Shown: positions 10,420 through 20,969 of the stretch, in pieces | Layout of the letters: each line of letters opens with the position of its first letter | How positions within the stretch are numbered: the first letter of the stretch is position 1 | Translations under genes and position numbers: made by a program | The notes under the pieces: generated by a model | What the model was told of the DNA's origin: nothing | What the model saw: the letters and a program-made list of their open reading frames with translations, nothing else | The model's database searches: none | NCBI GenBank assembly: GCA_965277715.1 | Contig: OZ255836.1 | Coordinates: 2,048,001-2,112,000, forward strand | Length of the DNA: 64,000 nt | Origin: Gammaproteobacteria bacterium | Lineage (GTDB): Bacteria > Pseudomonadota > Gammaproteobacteria > JBCCGL01 | Reading direction: 5' to 3'

Positions 10420-10899
10420 ATGACTATTTCAGTTGGCGACAAATTACCTGCCTGCACTTTTAGCTATATGGGCGACTCCGGCCCGGTTAACATCACTACC
10501 GATGAGGTTTTCTCAGGTAAGAAAGTGGTGCTGTTTGCCCTTCCCGGCGCCTTTACCCCCACCTGCTCGGCTGCCCACCTGCCAGGGTTTGTCGTTAGCG
10601 CCGATGATTTTTTTGCCAAAGGCGTGGATACGATTATCTGCCTGTCTGTGAATGATGCGTTTGTTATGGGCGCCTGGGGCAAACAGCAAAATGCCGATAA
10701 TATTTTAATGCTCGCCGACGGCAGTGCCGATTTTGCCAGGGCAACTGGCTTGGAGCTGGACCTGACCTCACGGGGTATGGGGGTTCGCTCTGACCGCTAC
10801 GCGATGATTGTCGACGATGGGATAGTGTCTGTTTTAAACCGGGAGGCCCCCGGCAAACTGGAGGTCAGTAACGCAGAGACAATGCTCGCTGCTTTGTAG
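10420..10899 (+). CDS. Peroxiredoxin, Prx5 type
   Basis: PGAFTPTCS..HLPG, SVNDAFVM, RSDRYAM. Confidence 0.93.
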   Translation: MTISVGDKLPACTFSYMGDSGPVNITTDEVFSGKKVVLFALPGAFTPTCSAAHLPGFVVSADDFFAKGVDTIICLSVNDAFVMGAWGKQQNADNILMLADGSADFARATGLELDLTSRGMGVRSDRYAMIVDDGIVSVLNREAPGKLEVSNAETMLAAL

Positions 10900-10928
10900 T
10901 CTCTACCTATACACCAATCAGTCTGCAG

Positions 10929-11267
10929 CTAACCACTATCCAGTAGCTGTTCTACATCACACACCTGCGCAATCTGGCGCAGGCTGTCCGGTAAGTTCAA
11001 TAAGGTCAACGCTACCTTGTCAGCGTGGGCGCGTGCACGCCACTCCAGCAAGAGTGCCATGCCCGCACTGTTGCAGGTGTCAACTGCCGCCAGATCGACA
11101 ACAATCTCACTGTGGCCGGAAAAACGGGGCTGTGAATCCGACAAAAGCTCTGAAGCTAACAAAAGCTCTGGCACCGTGACAAAATTCAAGGCGCCCTGTA
11201 GGGCAAAACACCCCCCACCCTGGTCGACTAAGCGGGCCGTTGCCTGTGTAGTAGGTGACGCTGACAT
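10929..11267 (-). CDS. mlaB: STAS-domain protein of the Mla system
   Basis: VDLAAVDTCNSAGMALLLEW STAS motif; last gene of the mla operon; ATG at 11267 preferred. Confidence 0.8.
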   Translation of the reverse strand: MSASPTTQATARLVDQGGGCFALQGALNFVTVPELLLASELLSDSQPRFSGHSEIVVDLAAVDTCNSAGMALLLEWRARAHADKVALTLLNLPDSLRQIAQVCDVEQLLDSG

Positions 11268-11271
11268 GCGC

Positions 11272-11898
11272 TTATTTGCCTGCATTTTTTTCGGTGAGTT
11301 CGGCAATTAAGCCGTCGATGCCATTGCTGTTGATTTTACGGGTAAACCCGGTGCGGTAATTGGTGACCAGGCTGATACCATCGATAAGGATATCGTAAAT
11401 TTTCCAGCTACCCTTGTTGAGTAGCTTGTAATAAATGGGAATCGCCGCCCCACCCGTGGGGGTAAACTGCGAACGCACCTGGGCGCGGTCTTCCCGCTTG
11501 CCCTCACGGTACGGCAGGAATTCGATGCGCTGACCAGAATACTGTGTTAACGATTTGCTGTAGGTATTCAACAACAGTTGACGGAATTGTTCGGTTAACG
11601 CCCGCTTTTGTGTCGCGCTGGCTTTTCGCCAGTTTTTGCCCACCGCCAGTTTTGTCATCGAGATAAAATCGATATTAGGTGTAATATGCGTATCGATTAT
11701 CTTCTGTAAAAAAGCGCCATCGGTTCTGATGCGCTCGCTATTTTCATCCAGTATTTGCAGTACCTTCTCTGTACTGTCGACGACCAGTGCCTGCGCCGGG
11801 TGCCGGTCTGTGGCAAGCCCGGCTGTACACCATAAAACCACCAGGAAGGCGGTCATTGCTCTAATAATTATATTCGGCACTATTGCCCGCGTATTCAT
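11272..11898 (-). CDS. mlaC: Phospholipid-binding periplasmic protein
   Basis: Signal peptide, LAVGKNWR, WKIYDILIDGISLVTNYR. Confidence 0.92.
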   Translation of the reverse strand: MNTRAIVPNIIIRAMTAFLVVLWCTAGLATDRHPAQALVVDSTEKVLQILDENSERIRTDGAFLQKIIDTHITPNIDFISMTKLAVGKNWRKASATQKRALTEQFRQLLLNTYSKSLTQYSGQRIEFLPYREGKREDRAQVRSQFTPTGGAAIPIYYKLLNKGSWKIYDILIDGISLVTNYRTGFTRKINSNGIDGLIAELTEKNAGK

Positions 11899-11928
11899 TT
11901 GGTAATCTCCAGGTTGTTATAGATCGGG

Positions 11929-12390
11929 TTATTCACTCGCCTTGTCGAACAGGAACTGACCAATAATCTGTTCCAGTACCAATGCAGATTGGGTCAAGGT
12001 AATTTCGCTCTCGTTTTCCAGATAGTCCTCTTCAGCACCCGGCTCCAAACCGATGTACTGCTCCCCCAATAAGCCCGCTGTAAAAATACTGGCGGTCGTG
12101 TCTATGGGAAAAGCACTGTATTGTTTATCCAGTTTGAGGGTCACCCGTGCCTGGTAGGAAACTTCATCGTAACCAATATCAACCACCCGCCCCACCAATA
12201 CACCACCTGCGCGCACGGGTGCACGGACTTTCAACCCACCGATATTTTCAAAATACGCCGAGACCTTATACCCCCCACTACCACTACCAAAGCTGCTGAG
12301 ATTGCTCACCTGCATCGCCAGCATTACCAGCGCAGCAAAGCCCAGTGCCATAAACAGGCCGACTAAAATTTCTATCTTACGCGTTGTCAT
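11929..12390 (-). CDS. mlaD: MCE-domain outer-membrane lipid asymmetry protein
   Basis: EILVGLF TM, FENIGGLKVRAPV, TAGLLGEQYI, TQSALVLE; ATG at 12390 preferred. Confidence 0.94.
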   Translation of the reverse strand: MTTRKIEILVGLFMALGFAALVMLAMQVSNLSSFGSGSGGYKVSAYFENIGGLKVRAPVRAGGVLVGRVVDIGYDEVSYQARVTLKLDKQYSAFPIDTTASIFTAGLLGEQYIGLEPGAEEDYLENESEITLTQSALVLEQIIGQFLFDKASE

Positions 12391-12444
12391 TTCATTAACC
12401 TTAATTATCAAGCACTGTAATCATTCAGCCTAATATCGTTTTCA

Positions 12445-12582
12445 TTTGTAACCGTTCAGCTCACGCCTGTTTTGCCCGAGTTCAAGGCGAGAGGGCGCAG
12501 TTTACACGTGTAAATGAGCACGCCGAACGCCCAAACAGCCAAAATTGGCACATCGGGCAGGCGTGAGCTGAACGGTTACAAA
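12445..12582. mobile_element. MITE-like element with a perfect 25-bp terminal inverted repeat
   Basis: TTTGTAACCGTTCAGCTCACGCCTG (12445-12469) and CAGGCGTGAGCTGAACGGTTACAAA (12558-12582); non-coding interior; the mlaE TAA stop lies inside the right repeat. Confidence 0.7.
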
Positions 12583-13370
12583 GCACTAAACATTAGGGCG
12601 GTCAGTACAAAATCCAGCCCCAGTATCGATAGTGATGCATGCACCACTGTGCGTGTGGTAGCACGACTGACCCCCTCCGATGTCGGCAGGCAATCGCTAC
12701 CTTCAAAAATGGCAATCCAGGTCACCACTACACCAAAAACGATACTTTTAATCATCCCATTAAGCACGTCTTTATACAGATCGACATTTGCCTGCATCTG
12801 CGACCAGAAGGCCCCTTCATCCACACTCAGCAGAGGCACCCCCACCATATAGGCGCCGATGACGGCAATCGAACTGAATATCGCCGCCAACATCGGCAGT
12901 GACAAAATCCCCGCCAGAAAACGGGGTGCAAACACACGTTTATAAGGGTCTACAGCCATCATCTCCAGGCCGGACAACTGTTCGGTAGCCTTCATCAAAC
13001 CAATTTCGGCGGTCAATGCAGACCCGGCTCTCCCGGCGTAGAGCAGCGCCGATACGACCGGCCCCAGTTCGCGCACCAGCGTCAGCGACACCAATACACC
13101 GAGTGATTCCTCGGCACCAAAATCGACCAGGGTATAGTAGCCCTGTAGGGCCAATACCATGCCGACAAACAATCCCGCCACCAAAATAATGACCAGTGTC
13201 AGTACACCTACGGAGTGAACCTGTTGTACCACCAACCGAAAACGGCCCAGCGCTGCCGGGCAGGCAAGCAACACCGACCACAGAAACAAGTGGGCGCGCC
13301 CAAGCCGTTCGAAAAACCCGATGCCGCGATGGCCCAGGCGCTGCAGTGCATTAAGGATTATGGCGATCAT
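12576..13370 (-). CDS. mlaE: Mla ABC transporter permease
   Basis: RELGPV, AGRAGSALTAEIGLMKATEQL, ATTRTVV. Confidence 0.96.
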   Translation of the reverse strand: MIAIILNALQRLGHRGIGFFERLGRAHLFLWSVLLACPAALGRFRLVVQQVHSVGVLTLVIILVAGLFVGMVLALQGYYTLVDFGAEESLGVLVSLTLVRELGPVVSALLYAGRAGSALTAEIGLMKATEQLSGLEMMAVDPYKRVFAPRFLAGILSLPMLAAIFSSIAVIGAYMVGVPLLSVDEGAFWSQMQANVDLYKDVLNGMIKSIVFGVVVTWIAIFEGSDCLPTSEGVSRATTRTVVHASLSILGLDFVLTALMFSAL

Positions 13371-14248
13371 CTGGCACTCCCCGCCAGCCCAGGACGCAGA
13401 CCAGGTGTAGACAAGTACAAATCGTCACAGTAATCAGCGGCGGGGTATTGGAACGGCACCGGGCCGTCTGCCTCGCCAAAAACAAACTGCCGAACCCAGG
13501 CAGACTGGCTGTTGCGCAACGCCTCCGGTGTGCCGTGCTCGACCACCACGCCATTGGAGATAACGTACACTTCATCGGCAATCGACAGGGTTTCTGCCAC
13601 ATCGTGCGAGACGATGATACTGGTCAGGCCCAAGGCATCGTTGACTGTGCGAATCAGTTTTACCAGAACGCCCATCGAGATGGGATCCTGGCCGGTAAAG
13701 GGCTCATCGTACAAAATCATCATGGGGTCCAGCATCAATGCACGCGCCAATGCAACCCGGCGTGCCATCCCTCCCGACAATTCGGCGGGCATCAGATTGC
13801 GCGCACCGCGCAACCCCACCGAGTGCAGACGCGTCAGCACCAGATGGCGAATCAATGCCTCAGAAAGACGTGTGTGCTCGCGCAGTGGGAAGGCGACGTT
13901 GTCGTAGACACTCAAATCGGTGAGTAGAGCACCGCTCTGAAACAGCATGCCCATGCGTTTGCGCAGGGTATACAGCTCATTGCGTGGTAGCTGGTGAACG
14001 TTTTGTCCATCGACATTGACACGCCCTGACAGAGGGGTCAACTGGGCGCTAATCAGTTTCAGCAGGGTGGTTTTACCACTGCCACTCGGCCCCATAATTG
14101 CGGTCACCTTGCCGCGTGGTATATCCATATCGACACCATTAAATATCGTCCGCTGGCCACGTGAAAAAACCAAATCGCGTATCTGCACCAGTGTGTTTTG
14201 TTGTTCGGTTCCCGGCTGTGGGGGCATATCGGTCAAAATAGTCGGCAC
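13367..14248 (-). CDS. mlaF: Mla ABC transporter ATPase
   Basis: GPSGSGKT, FQSGAL, LSGGMARRVALARA, YDEPFTGQDP, DGPVPFQYP. Confidence 0.95.
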   Translation of the reverse strand: MPTILTDMPPQPGTEQQNTLVQIRDLVFSRGQRTIFNGVDMDIPRGKVTAIMGPSGSGKTTLLKLISAQLTPLSGRVNVDGQNVHQLPRNELYTLRKRMGMLFQSGALLTDLSVYDNVAFPLREHTRLSEALIRHLVLTRLHSVGLRGARNLMPAELSGGMARRVALARALMLDPMMILYDEPFTGQDPISMGVLVKLIRTVNDALGLTSIIVSHDVAETLSIADEVYVISNGVVVEHGTPEALRNSQSAWVRQFVFGEADGPVPFQYPAADYCDDLYLSTPGLRPGLAGSAR

Positions 14249-14377
14249 GCTATTATAAAGTCCGGCACAGTGTGTCTATCCCGTTCGCTTTCGTCAATAT
14301 ACAGAATTATCCGCTGAGCGCCTCCTAACCACCCAGTAACGCCTGTATATTAATTTTTCTGGTCACTCTAGGCTTAT

Positions 14378-15181
14378 ATGGATACACTTTTCAGTATTCG
14401 TTTGGAGGTCGTACCATTGTTGGTTAAACGCATCAGTATTATTTTTACCCTGGTAGTGGGTTTGCTACTCAATGCCTGTGCCAGCGTCCCTGGCGAGCCG
14501 AGTGAGCAAGACCCGTGGGAGGGATTTAACCGTTCCATTTACAGTTTTAATGAAGGCGTTGACAGGTTCTTTTTAAAGCCAATTGCAGAAACCTACCGCG
14601 ATATTACCCCGGATATCATACAAACCGGTGTCAGTAACTTTTTCAGTAATCTCGGCGATCTACTGGTGATCATCAACGATCTGCTCCAGTTGAAATTTGA
14701 GCAGACTGCCCAGGATATTGCGCGCTTCTTACTTAACTCGACCATCGGATTTGTTGGTGTTTTTGATGTCGCCACACCGCTGGGCCTGCCAAAACACGAT
14801 GAGGATTTTGGCCAGACACTGGGGTACTGGGGCGTCGGCAGCGGCCCCTACCTGGTATTGCCACTGCTGGGTCCCAGTTCACTACGCGATGCGGGTGGTC
14901 TTGTCGTCGATTATTCGATTAACCCTGTGCGCAACGTTGACGACAGCGACGATCAGTTGGCACTGGATATTGCCAGTATCATCAATACCCGCACCCGCTT
15001 ATTGCGGGCAGAGGAGATATTGGATACCGCCATCCTGGGTGATGATGACCGCTACAGCTTCTTCCGCGATGCCTGGTTGTCACGGCGCAACAATCAGGTA
15101 TACGACGGCAACCCTCCCGACGAGGGTGATGACCTGGATGCGTTAGACGAACTGGACGAACTCGATGCCCTCGATCAATAA
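14378..15181 (+). CDS. mlaA: VacJ/MlaA lipoprotein
   Basis: Lipobox LNAC, DPWEGFNR, EDFGQTLGYWGVGSGPYLVLPLLGPS; start may be slightly downstream. Confidence 0.93.
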   Translation: MDTLFSIRLEVVPLLVKRISIIFTLVVGLLLNACASVPGEPSEQDPWEGFNRSIYSFNEGVDRFFLKPIAETYRDITPDIIQTGVSNFFSNLGDLLVIINDLLQLKFEQTAQDIARFLLNSTIGFVGVFDVATPLGLPKHDEDFGQTLGYWGVGSGPYLVLPLLGPSSLRDAGGLVVDYSINPVRNVDDSDDQLALDIASIINTRTRLLRAEEILDTAILGDDDRYSFFRDAWLSRRNNQVYDGNPPDEGDDLDALDELDELDALDQ

Positions 15182-15200
15182 ACCGTCCCGGTCATAACGG

Positions 15201-16172
15201 ATGAACAGCGAAAAAATCAAACAGCTGGGCGTCGCCGTCATTCGTACCGAGGCCAATGCTATCGGCGCCCTCGAAGCACGTATTGACGATGCCTTTGTAA
15301 ATGCCTGTGGTTTACTGTATGGGTGTCATGGTCGCATTGTTGTCAGCGGTATGGGTAAGTCCGGTCATATTGGCGGCAAAATCGCCGCCACCCTGGCCAG
15401 CACGGGTAGCCCGGCGTTCTTTGTCCACCCCGGTGAGGCCAGTCATGGCGATCTGGGTATGATTTGCACGGACGATGTGCTGATCGCACTGTCCAACTCA
15501 GGTGAAACACAGGAGCTGTTAGCCATTGCCCCCATCGTCCACCGCCGGGGTATTCCATTGATTGCATTGACCGGCAATCCGCAGTCGAGCCTTGCGGAAC
15601 TGGCCAATGTACATATCGATACCAGCGTGGCCAGTGAAGCCTGCCCGTTGGGTTTGGCCCCTACTGCCAGTACCACAGCCTGCCTGGCGATGGGAGACGC
15701 CTTAGCCATCGCACTGCTGGAGCGGCGCGGTTTTACCCCGGATGACTTCGCCCGCTCACACCCCGGCGGCACACTGGGCCGCAGGCTGTTGTTACACGTG
15801 AGCGATATTATGCGCAGCGGTGATAAAATACCCCGAGTCGCCTCCGGCAGCACACTGGGTAGCTCGTTACTGGAAATGTCGCAAAAAGGGCTGGGTATGA
15901 CCGTCGTTGTCGATCACGGGCAACACGCTATCGGGGTGTTCACTGATGGTGATCTGCGCCGCACGCTGGATCAAAGTATCGACGTACACCACACCAACGT
16001 GGATCAATTAATGACACGTGACTTCAAAAAAATACACGCCACTGACCTGGCCGCCGATGCCCTGCAGCTGATGCAGACCAACAAGATCACCTGCGTGCTG
16101 GTGATTGATGAGCACAACGCGCTACAAGGCGTATTGCATATGCACGACCTGCTCAATGCAGGCGTGGTGTAA
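15201..16172 (+). CDS. kdsD: Arabinose-5-phosphate isomerase (SIS plus CBS)
   Basis: GMGKSGHIG, HPGEASHGDLG, SNSGET, HPGGTLG, CBS pair. Confidence 0.95.
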   Translation: MNSEKIKQLGVAVIRTEANAIGALEARIDDAFVNACGLLYGCHGRIVVSGMGKSGHIGGKIAATLASTGSPAFFVHPGEASHGDLGMICTDDVLIALSNSGETQELLAIAPIVHRRGIPLIALTGNPQSSLAELANVHIDTSVASEACPLGLAPTASTTACLAMGDALAIALLERRGFTPDDFARSHPGGTLGRRLLLHVSDIMRSGDKIPRVASGSTLGSSLLEMSQKGLGMTVVVDHGQHAIGVFTDGDLRRTLDQSIDVHHTNVDQLMTRDFKKIHATDLAADALQLMQTNKITCVLVIDEHNALQGVLHMHDLLNAGVV

Positions 16173-16212
16173 CCTACATTAAGCGGATAACGGTAAGAGG
16201 CCCACAGTTTTA

Positions 16213-16749
16213 ATGTCCGATAACGCACACACTCTGCAACAACAGCTCGCCGCAATAAGGGTACTTATTTTCGACGTTGACGGTGTGCTCACCGATGGCG
16301 GGCTGATCGTCGGTAACAACGGCGAGGAGTACAAACGATTTCACTCACGTGACGGTCACGGTATCAAAATGTTGCAAGCCAGCGGCGTTGATATTGCCAT
16401 CATCACCGGGAGAAGCTCCGGTATTGTCACCCACCGTTGTAACGAACTGGGTGTCGAACATGTCTACCAGGGCTGCCGGGATAAACGTATTGCCTTTCAG
16501 GCACTGAGAGACAAACTGTCACTCGACAGGGGTCAATTTGCGTACATGGGGGATGATGTGGTCGATCTGCCGGTGATGCGCCAGGTGGGTATGGCGATGG
16601 CAGTGGCCGATGCGCACGCACTGGTTAAGCAGCACGCACACTGGGTTAGTCAATATAATGGCGGCCAGGGGGCAGCACGCGAAGCCTGTGAGGCGATCAT
16701 GCAGGCACGCGGCACACTCGATAATATCTTGAACAGCTACCTGCACTAA
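16213..16749 (+). CDS. kdsC: KDO-8-phosphate phosphatase
   Basis: FDVDGVLTDG, DGHGIK, YMGDDVVDLP, GAARE. Confidence 0.95.
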   Translation: MSDNAHTLQQQLAAIRVLIFDVDGVLTDGGLIVGNNGEEYKRFHSRDGHGIKMLQASGVDIAIITGRSSGIVTHRCNELGVEHVYQGCRDKRIAFQALRDKLSLDRGQFAYMGDDVVDLPVMRQVGMAMAVADAHALVKQHAHWVSQYNGGQGAAREACEAIMQARGTLDNILNSYLH

Positions 16750-16800
16750 AAACCGCCGTTGAACTCATTACTTACCCGTTAAATCAGACGACTGTTCACC

Positions 16801-17370
16801 GTGAAAATTCTCCGCAGCTTAGTTGTTATACTGCTATTAATTATCGCTTTACTGTCCTGGCAGGGCTGGCGAATACCTGAGCAGACAAGCGACGGGACAG
16901 TAGCGATGGCGGCACTCAAATCCGACTACTATCTGGAAGCGTTTACCATCCATACATTGACCGATACCGGGCAGCTCAAGCACCGGTTATCCGGCGCGAC
17001 CCTCACCCATTACCCACACGATGACACGGCGTATATCGATGCGCTGCAGCTCCTCTTGAAACGCCCTGCACAGGCCGACTGGTTGGTATCCTCAGAGCGT
17101 GGCTGGTTGTCCTCCGGGGCCACTCAGGTGAATTTGCTGGGTAAAGTGGTTATGATACGCGACACCGCACCGGATGCGCCCGGTATGCGTATTGACTCGC
17201 GGGATATGCGCCTGGATACACCGATGAACACGATAGCAACCGACGAAGGTGTCGTCATTGTCTCAGACCGCTGGAAGGCCCAGGGCACGGGCTTGCGTGG
17301 CAACACCGAATCCGGGGACTTTACTCTACTCGCCAATGTGATATTTACCTATGCACCGCCACCTATTTAA
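16801..17370 (+). CDS. lptC: LPS export protein LptC
   Basis: N-terminal TM, beta-rich body, position between kdsC and lptA. Confidence 0.85.
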   Translation: MKILRSLVVILLLIIALLSWQGWRIPEQTSDGTVAMAALKSDYYLEAFTIHTLTDTGQLKHRLSGATLTHYPHDDTAYIDALQLLLKRPAQADWLVSSERGWLSSGATQVNLLGKVVMIRDTAPDAPGMRIDSRDMRLDTPMNTIATDEGVVIVSDRWKAQGTGLRGNTESGDFTLLANVIFTYAPPPI

Positions 17371-17890
17371 TCCCTCCCTTTCGCTTAAATCAATCATCGC
17401 TTTGTGGCTTGGTGCAGTACTGGCCTGTGCACCGTTGGTTCACGTCACCGCGATGGAATCCGACAAACAGCAGCCTGTGGTTGTCACCGCCGACCGCTCC
17501 GAATACAGCGAAGCGCTACAGCAGCAAACCCTGATCGGCAATGTATTCGTCATGCAGGGCAGCTTGAAAGTGCGCGCCGATAAAATCATTATCTACTTAA
17601 AAGCAGGGGCACTCGACCACTTTGACGCCAGCGGCCAGCCGACCACCTTTGAACAGCTCGATGACAATAACCAACTCGTCACCGGCCAGGCCAATCGTAT
17701 CGAGTATTCAGCCACTTCTGACCAGGCTGTATTCACGGGTGCCGCCAAATTGGAAAATCCAAAACAAAGCCTGAGCGGGAATCGCATCGACTACAATATG
17801 GCAACCCAGGCCGCCAGTGCTGAAATGGATGAAGCGGGTAAACAACAAGTGCATATTATTATTCAACCCTCCACTAACCAAAACCAATGA
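17351..17890 (+). CDS. lptA: LPS transport periplasmic protein LptA
   Basis: [27 protein letters not shown]; OstA-like. Confidence 0.88.
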   Translation: MHRHLFNPSLSLKSIIALWLGAVLACAPLVHVTAMESDKQQPVVVTADRSEYSEALQQQTLIGNVFVMQGSLKVRADKIIIYLKAGALDHFDASGQPTTFEQLDDNNQLVTGQANRIEYSATSDQAVFTGAAKLENPKQSLSGNRIDYNMATQAASAEMDEAGKQQVHIIIQPSTNQNQ

Positions 17891-18612
17891 CCGTATTGCG
17901 CGTTTGCAACTTACGCAAACACTACAAGAAGCGCGAAATTCTAAAAACCGTCTCCCTGTCGGTTGAAAAAGGCGAAGTGGTGGGCCTGCTCGGCCCCAAT
18001 GGTGCAGGAAAAACCACCTGTTTCTATAGCATAGTCGGCCTGGTTAAACCTGACGGCGGCGATATATTGCTGGGTGAGGAATCGATTACCGACCTGCCGA
18101 TGCACGCACGTGCGCAGCTCGGTATTGGTTATCTGCCACAGGAAGCCTCCGTATTTCGCAAGCTCAGTGTCGCCGATAATATCAATGCCGTACTCGAATT
18201 GCGCCCAACGTTGAACCGCGAAGCGCGGCGACAACGTCTGACATCCCTGTTACAGGAATTTCAAATCAGCCATCTCCACGATGCCAAAGGCATCAGCCTG
18301 TCTGGTGGTGAGCGGCGCCGTGTTGAGATTGCCCGTGCGTTGGCAACCGACCCCCACTTCATACTGCTCGACGAGCCCTTTGCCGGCGTAGACCCTATCT
18401 CGGTCATCGATATTCAAAATATCATCAGACACCTGCGTGACCGGGATATAGGCATACTGATTACCGATCACAATGTACGTGAAACACTGGGTATCTGTAA
18501 CCGGGCTTATATCCTTGGTGACGGGCAGCTTATCTGTGCCGGAAGCCCCGATGAGATTCTCTCAAACCAGCGCGTTAAAGAAATATATTTAGGCGATAAT
18601 TTTTCTCTGTAG
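17887..18612 (+). CDS. lptB: LPS export ABC ATPase
   Basis: [51 protein letters not shown]. Confidence 0.97.
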   Translation: MTVLRVCNLRKHYKKREILKTVSLSVEKGEVVGLLGPNGAGKTTCFYSIVGLVKPDGGDILLGEESITDLPMHARAQLGIGYLPQEASVFRKLSVADNINAVLELRPTLNREARRQRLTSLLQEFQISHLHDAKGISLSGGERRRVEIARALATDPHFILLDEPFAGVDPISVIDIQNIIRHLRDRDIGILITDHNVRETLGICNRAYILGDGQLICAGSPDEILSNQRVKEIYLGDNFSL

Positions 18613-18746
18613 CGGGCTATCAGCATTCCACTGAAAACCACGCTTCCCTAAACTCCATATATTTACTTGTGTGCAAGTTAATACACGGGGCCTAGAACAG
18701 AGGTAGTCATTGTAATTTTTAGCAACCCCCTGGCAGCAGACCTGGT

Positions 18747-18762
18747 TGGCATCAGTATTGCA
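18747..18762 (+). promoter_or_regulatory. Sigma-54 -24/-12 consensus site upstream of rpoN
   Basis: TGGCATCAGTATTGCA fits TGGCA-N6-TTGCA with exact GG-N10-GC spacing, about 115 bp before the rpoN ATG. Confidence 0.65.
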
Positions 18763-18876
18763 TCACACCTAAAAAAACGCAGTTGAGTCGTAGTGAATAT
18801 ATTTTTCATAATAGATTCAATTGATTATTCAGTTTAATTCTTTCATGTCGATAACAACGCGCTATACTTGGGCTAA

Positions 18877-20403
18877 ATGAAACAAACGCTACAACTCAAA
18901 ATTGGTCAGCAACTGGCCATGACGCCTCAGTTGCAACAGGCAATACGCCTGTTGCAACTCTCCACTCTCGAACTGCAAACTGAAATACAAGAAGCCCTTG
19001 AAGCCAACCCAATGCTCGAAGCCCAGGACGAGGCGCAAAACCAGGCACACGATACAGGCGACGACAAAATCGATAGCGCCCCAAGTGACGCATCGACAGG
19101 TGCAAACACTGAAAACCGCGAAGCCACAAGCGAGGATCAGGAGCCAGGCCCACAAGACCTGGGGCAAAACAACGACACAATCCCCGATGAGCTGCCGGTG
19201 GACAGTGGTTGGGATGATATTTACGAACCCGCCTACACCAGCACGGCACAAAGTAGCAGCGAATCGACCCGCGACTTCACCGAATACCACAGCGATGGCG
19301 ACATTTCACTGCGCGATCACCTATTGGAACAGATTAACCTGCGACCACTCAGTGAGAAAGACACTGCAATCGCTGAGGCACTGATCGATGCCATTGATGC
19401 CAACGGTTACCTGACCGAAAACCTTGAGGATATTCTGCAAGGGCTGAATCGCGGTATCAACGACCCCGCTGATATTAACGAGCACGATGAAATCGAGGCG
19501 ATAATGCGCCTGATTCAACAGCTTGACCCGCAAGGGTGTGGCGCACGCGATGCGAGCGAGTGCATGCTGCTGCAGCTACAACAAATGGCGCCCACCACCA
19601 AAGGCCTACAGGACGCACTGCTGATTGTCAGCCAACACCTCCCGCTGCTGGCTGCGCACGATTACGCAAAACTAAAACGACACACCAGGCTCAATGATGA
19701 AGCCCTGTTTACTGCCGTTTCGCTGATCAAGTCACTCAACCCGCGCCCCGGCAATAAAATCATCTCAGGTGACCCGCAATACATTGTTCCCGATGTGTTT
19801 GTGCACAAAGACAAAGGTCTCTGGCGAGTTGAACTAAACCCGGATATCGCCCCCAAAATTGGTATTAACCAGCTCTACTCAGGCATGATTAAACGCGCCG
19901 ATAAAAGTGAAGACAACACCTTTCTGCGCAATCATTTACAGGAGGCCCGCTGGTTTATTAAGAGTCTGCAGAGCCGTAACGAAACACTGCTGCGGGTAGC
20001 CACTGCTATCGTCGCCCGTCAACGGGGGTTTCTCGAATACGGTGAAGAGGCGATGAAACCCATGGTGCTGCGCGACATTGCCGAGCAACTGGAAATGCAC
20101 GAATCGACTATCTCGCGGGTTACCACGCAAAAGTTTATGCACACGCCCCGTGGCATTTTCGAATTCAAGTACTTTTTCTCCAGCCACGTTACCACGACCG
20201 CTGGGGGTGAGTGTTCAGCCACCGCGATTCGTGCAATGATACGCAAGCTGATCGATGCAGAAAGCGCACAAAAGCCACTTAGCGATAGCAAAATTGCCAG
20301 CATACTGGTTGATAGCGGCATTAATGTGGCCCGCCGTACCGTGGCCAAATACCGCGAGGGGATGACCATCCCCCCTTCTAACGAGCGCAAGCGGTTAAGC
20401 TGA
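18877..20403 (+). CDS. rpoN: RNA polymerase sigma-54 factor
   Basis: MTPQLQQAIRLLQLS region I, HESTISR HTH, ARRTVAKYRE RpoN box. Confidence 0.98.
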   Translation: MKQTLQLKIGQQLAMTPQLQQAIRLLQLSTLELQTEIQEALEANPMLEAQDEAQNQAHDTGDDKIDSAPSDASTGANTENREATSEDQEPGPQDLGQNNDTIPDELPVDSGWDDIYEPAYTSTAQSSSESTRDFTEYHSDGDISLRDHLLEQINLRPLSEKDTAIAEALIDAIDANGYLTENLEDILQGLNRGINDPADINEHDEIEAIMRLIQQLDPQGCGARDASECMLLQLQQMAPTTKGLQDALLIVSQHLPLLAAHDYAKLKRHTRLNDEALFTAVSLIKSLNPRPGNKIISGDPQYIVPDVFVHKDKGLWRVELNPDIAPKIGINQLYSGMIKRADKSEDNTFLRNHLQEARWFIKSLQSRNETLLRVATAIVARQRGFLEYGEEAMKPMVLRDIAEQLEMHESTISRVTTQKFMHTPRGIFEFKYFFSSHVTTTAGGECSATAIRAMIRKLIDAESAQKPLSDSKIASILVDSGINVARRTVAKYREGMTIPPSNERKRLS

Positions 20404-20620
20404 TTAAGCTATACAAATAAACAATTTTTTGGCCACACTATTACGTGGCTATTTTCGCCAGTTCAGCGACAATGAGGGTTTGAAATATACCGATGATACA
20501 CAACCAAACAACTTGGCCTGGAGGTACCCTGTAGTACATTATTATCGGCTGTCACCGACAAATATCGCGTATTTCAAACTCACTGTGTGCGGGTACTGGC
20601 ATCAACATGAGGAGGAAAGT

Positions 20621-20947
20621 ATGAATCTGACAGTTACAGGCCGTCACCTTGATGTGACACCCTCGCTAAAACATTATATTGGCGAAAAAATGGATAGGCT
20701 TGAACGACACTTTGACAACGTCACCGACATACGCGTGATTCTTAGCGTGGAAAAACTCCGGCAAAAAGTAGAGGCGACGATTAACCTGAGCGGTGGTAAA
20801 ATACACGCCGAAACAGTAGATAACGATATGTATGCGGCGATTGATTTACTAACCGATAAGCTTGACCGGCAGGTTATTAAATACAAAGAAAAAACCAAGG
20901 ATCACCATCGCAGAGAAAAAATCGCCGAAGAATTGTTATCCGAGTAA
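20621..20947 (+). CDS. hpf: Ribosome hibernation promoting factor
   Basis: MNLTVTGRHLDVT...DMYAAIDLLTDKLDRQ; strong RBS GAGGAGG before ATG 20621. Confidence 0.95.
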   Translation: MNLTVTGRHLDVTPSLKHYIGEKMDRLERHFDNVTDIRVILSVEKLRQKVEATINLSGGKIHAETVDNDMYAAIDLLTDKLDRQVIKYKEKTKDHHRREKIAEELLSE

Positions 20948-20969
20948 TTAAAAATACACAACCATCGCC

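Noticed and set aside
20429-20620. Long N-terminal extension of hpf
   Set aside because: The strong RBS and family homology begin at ATG 20621.
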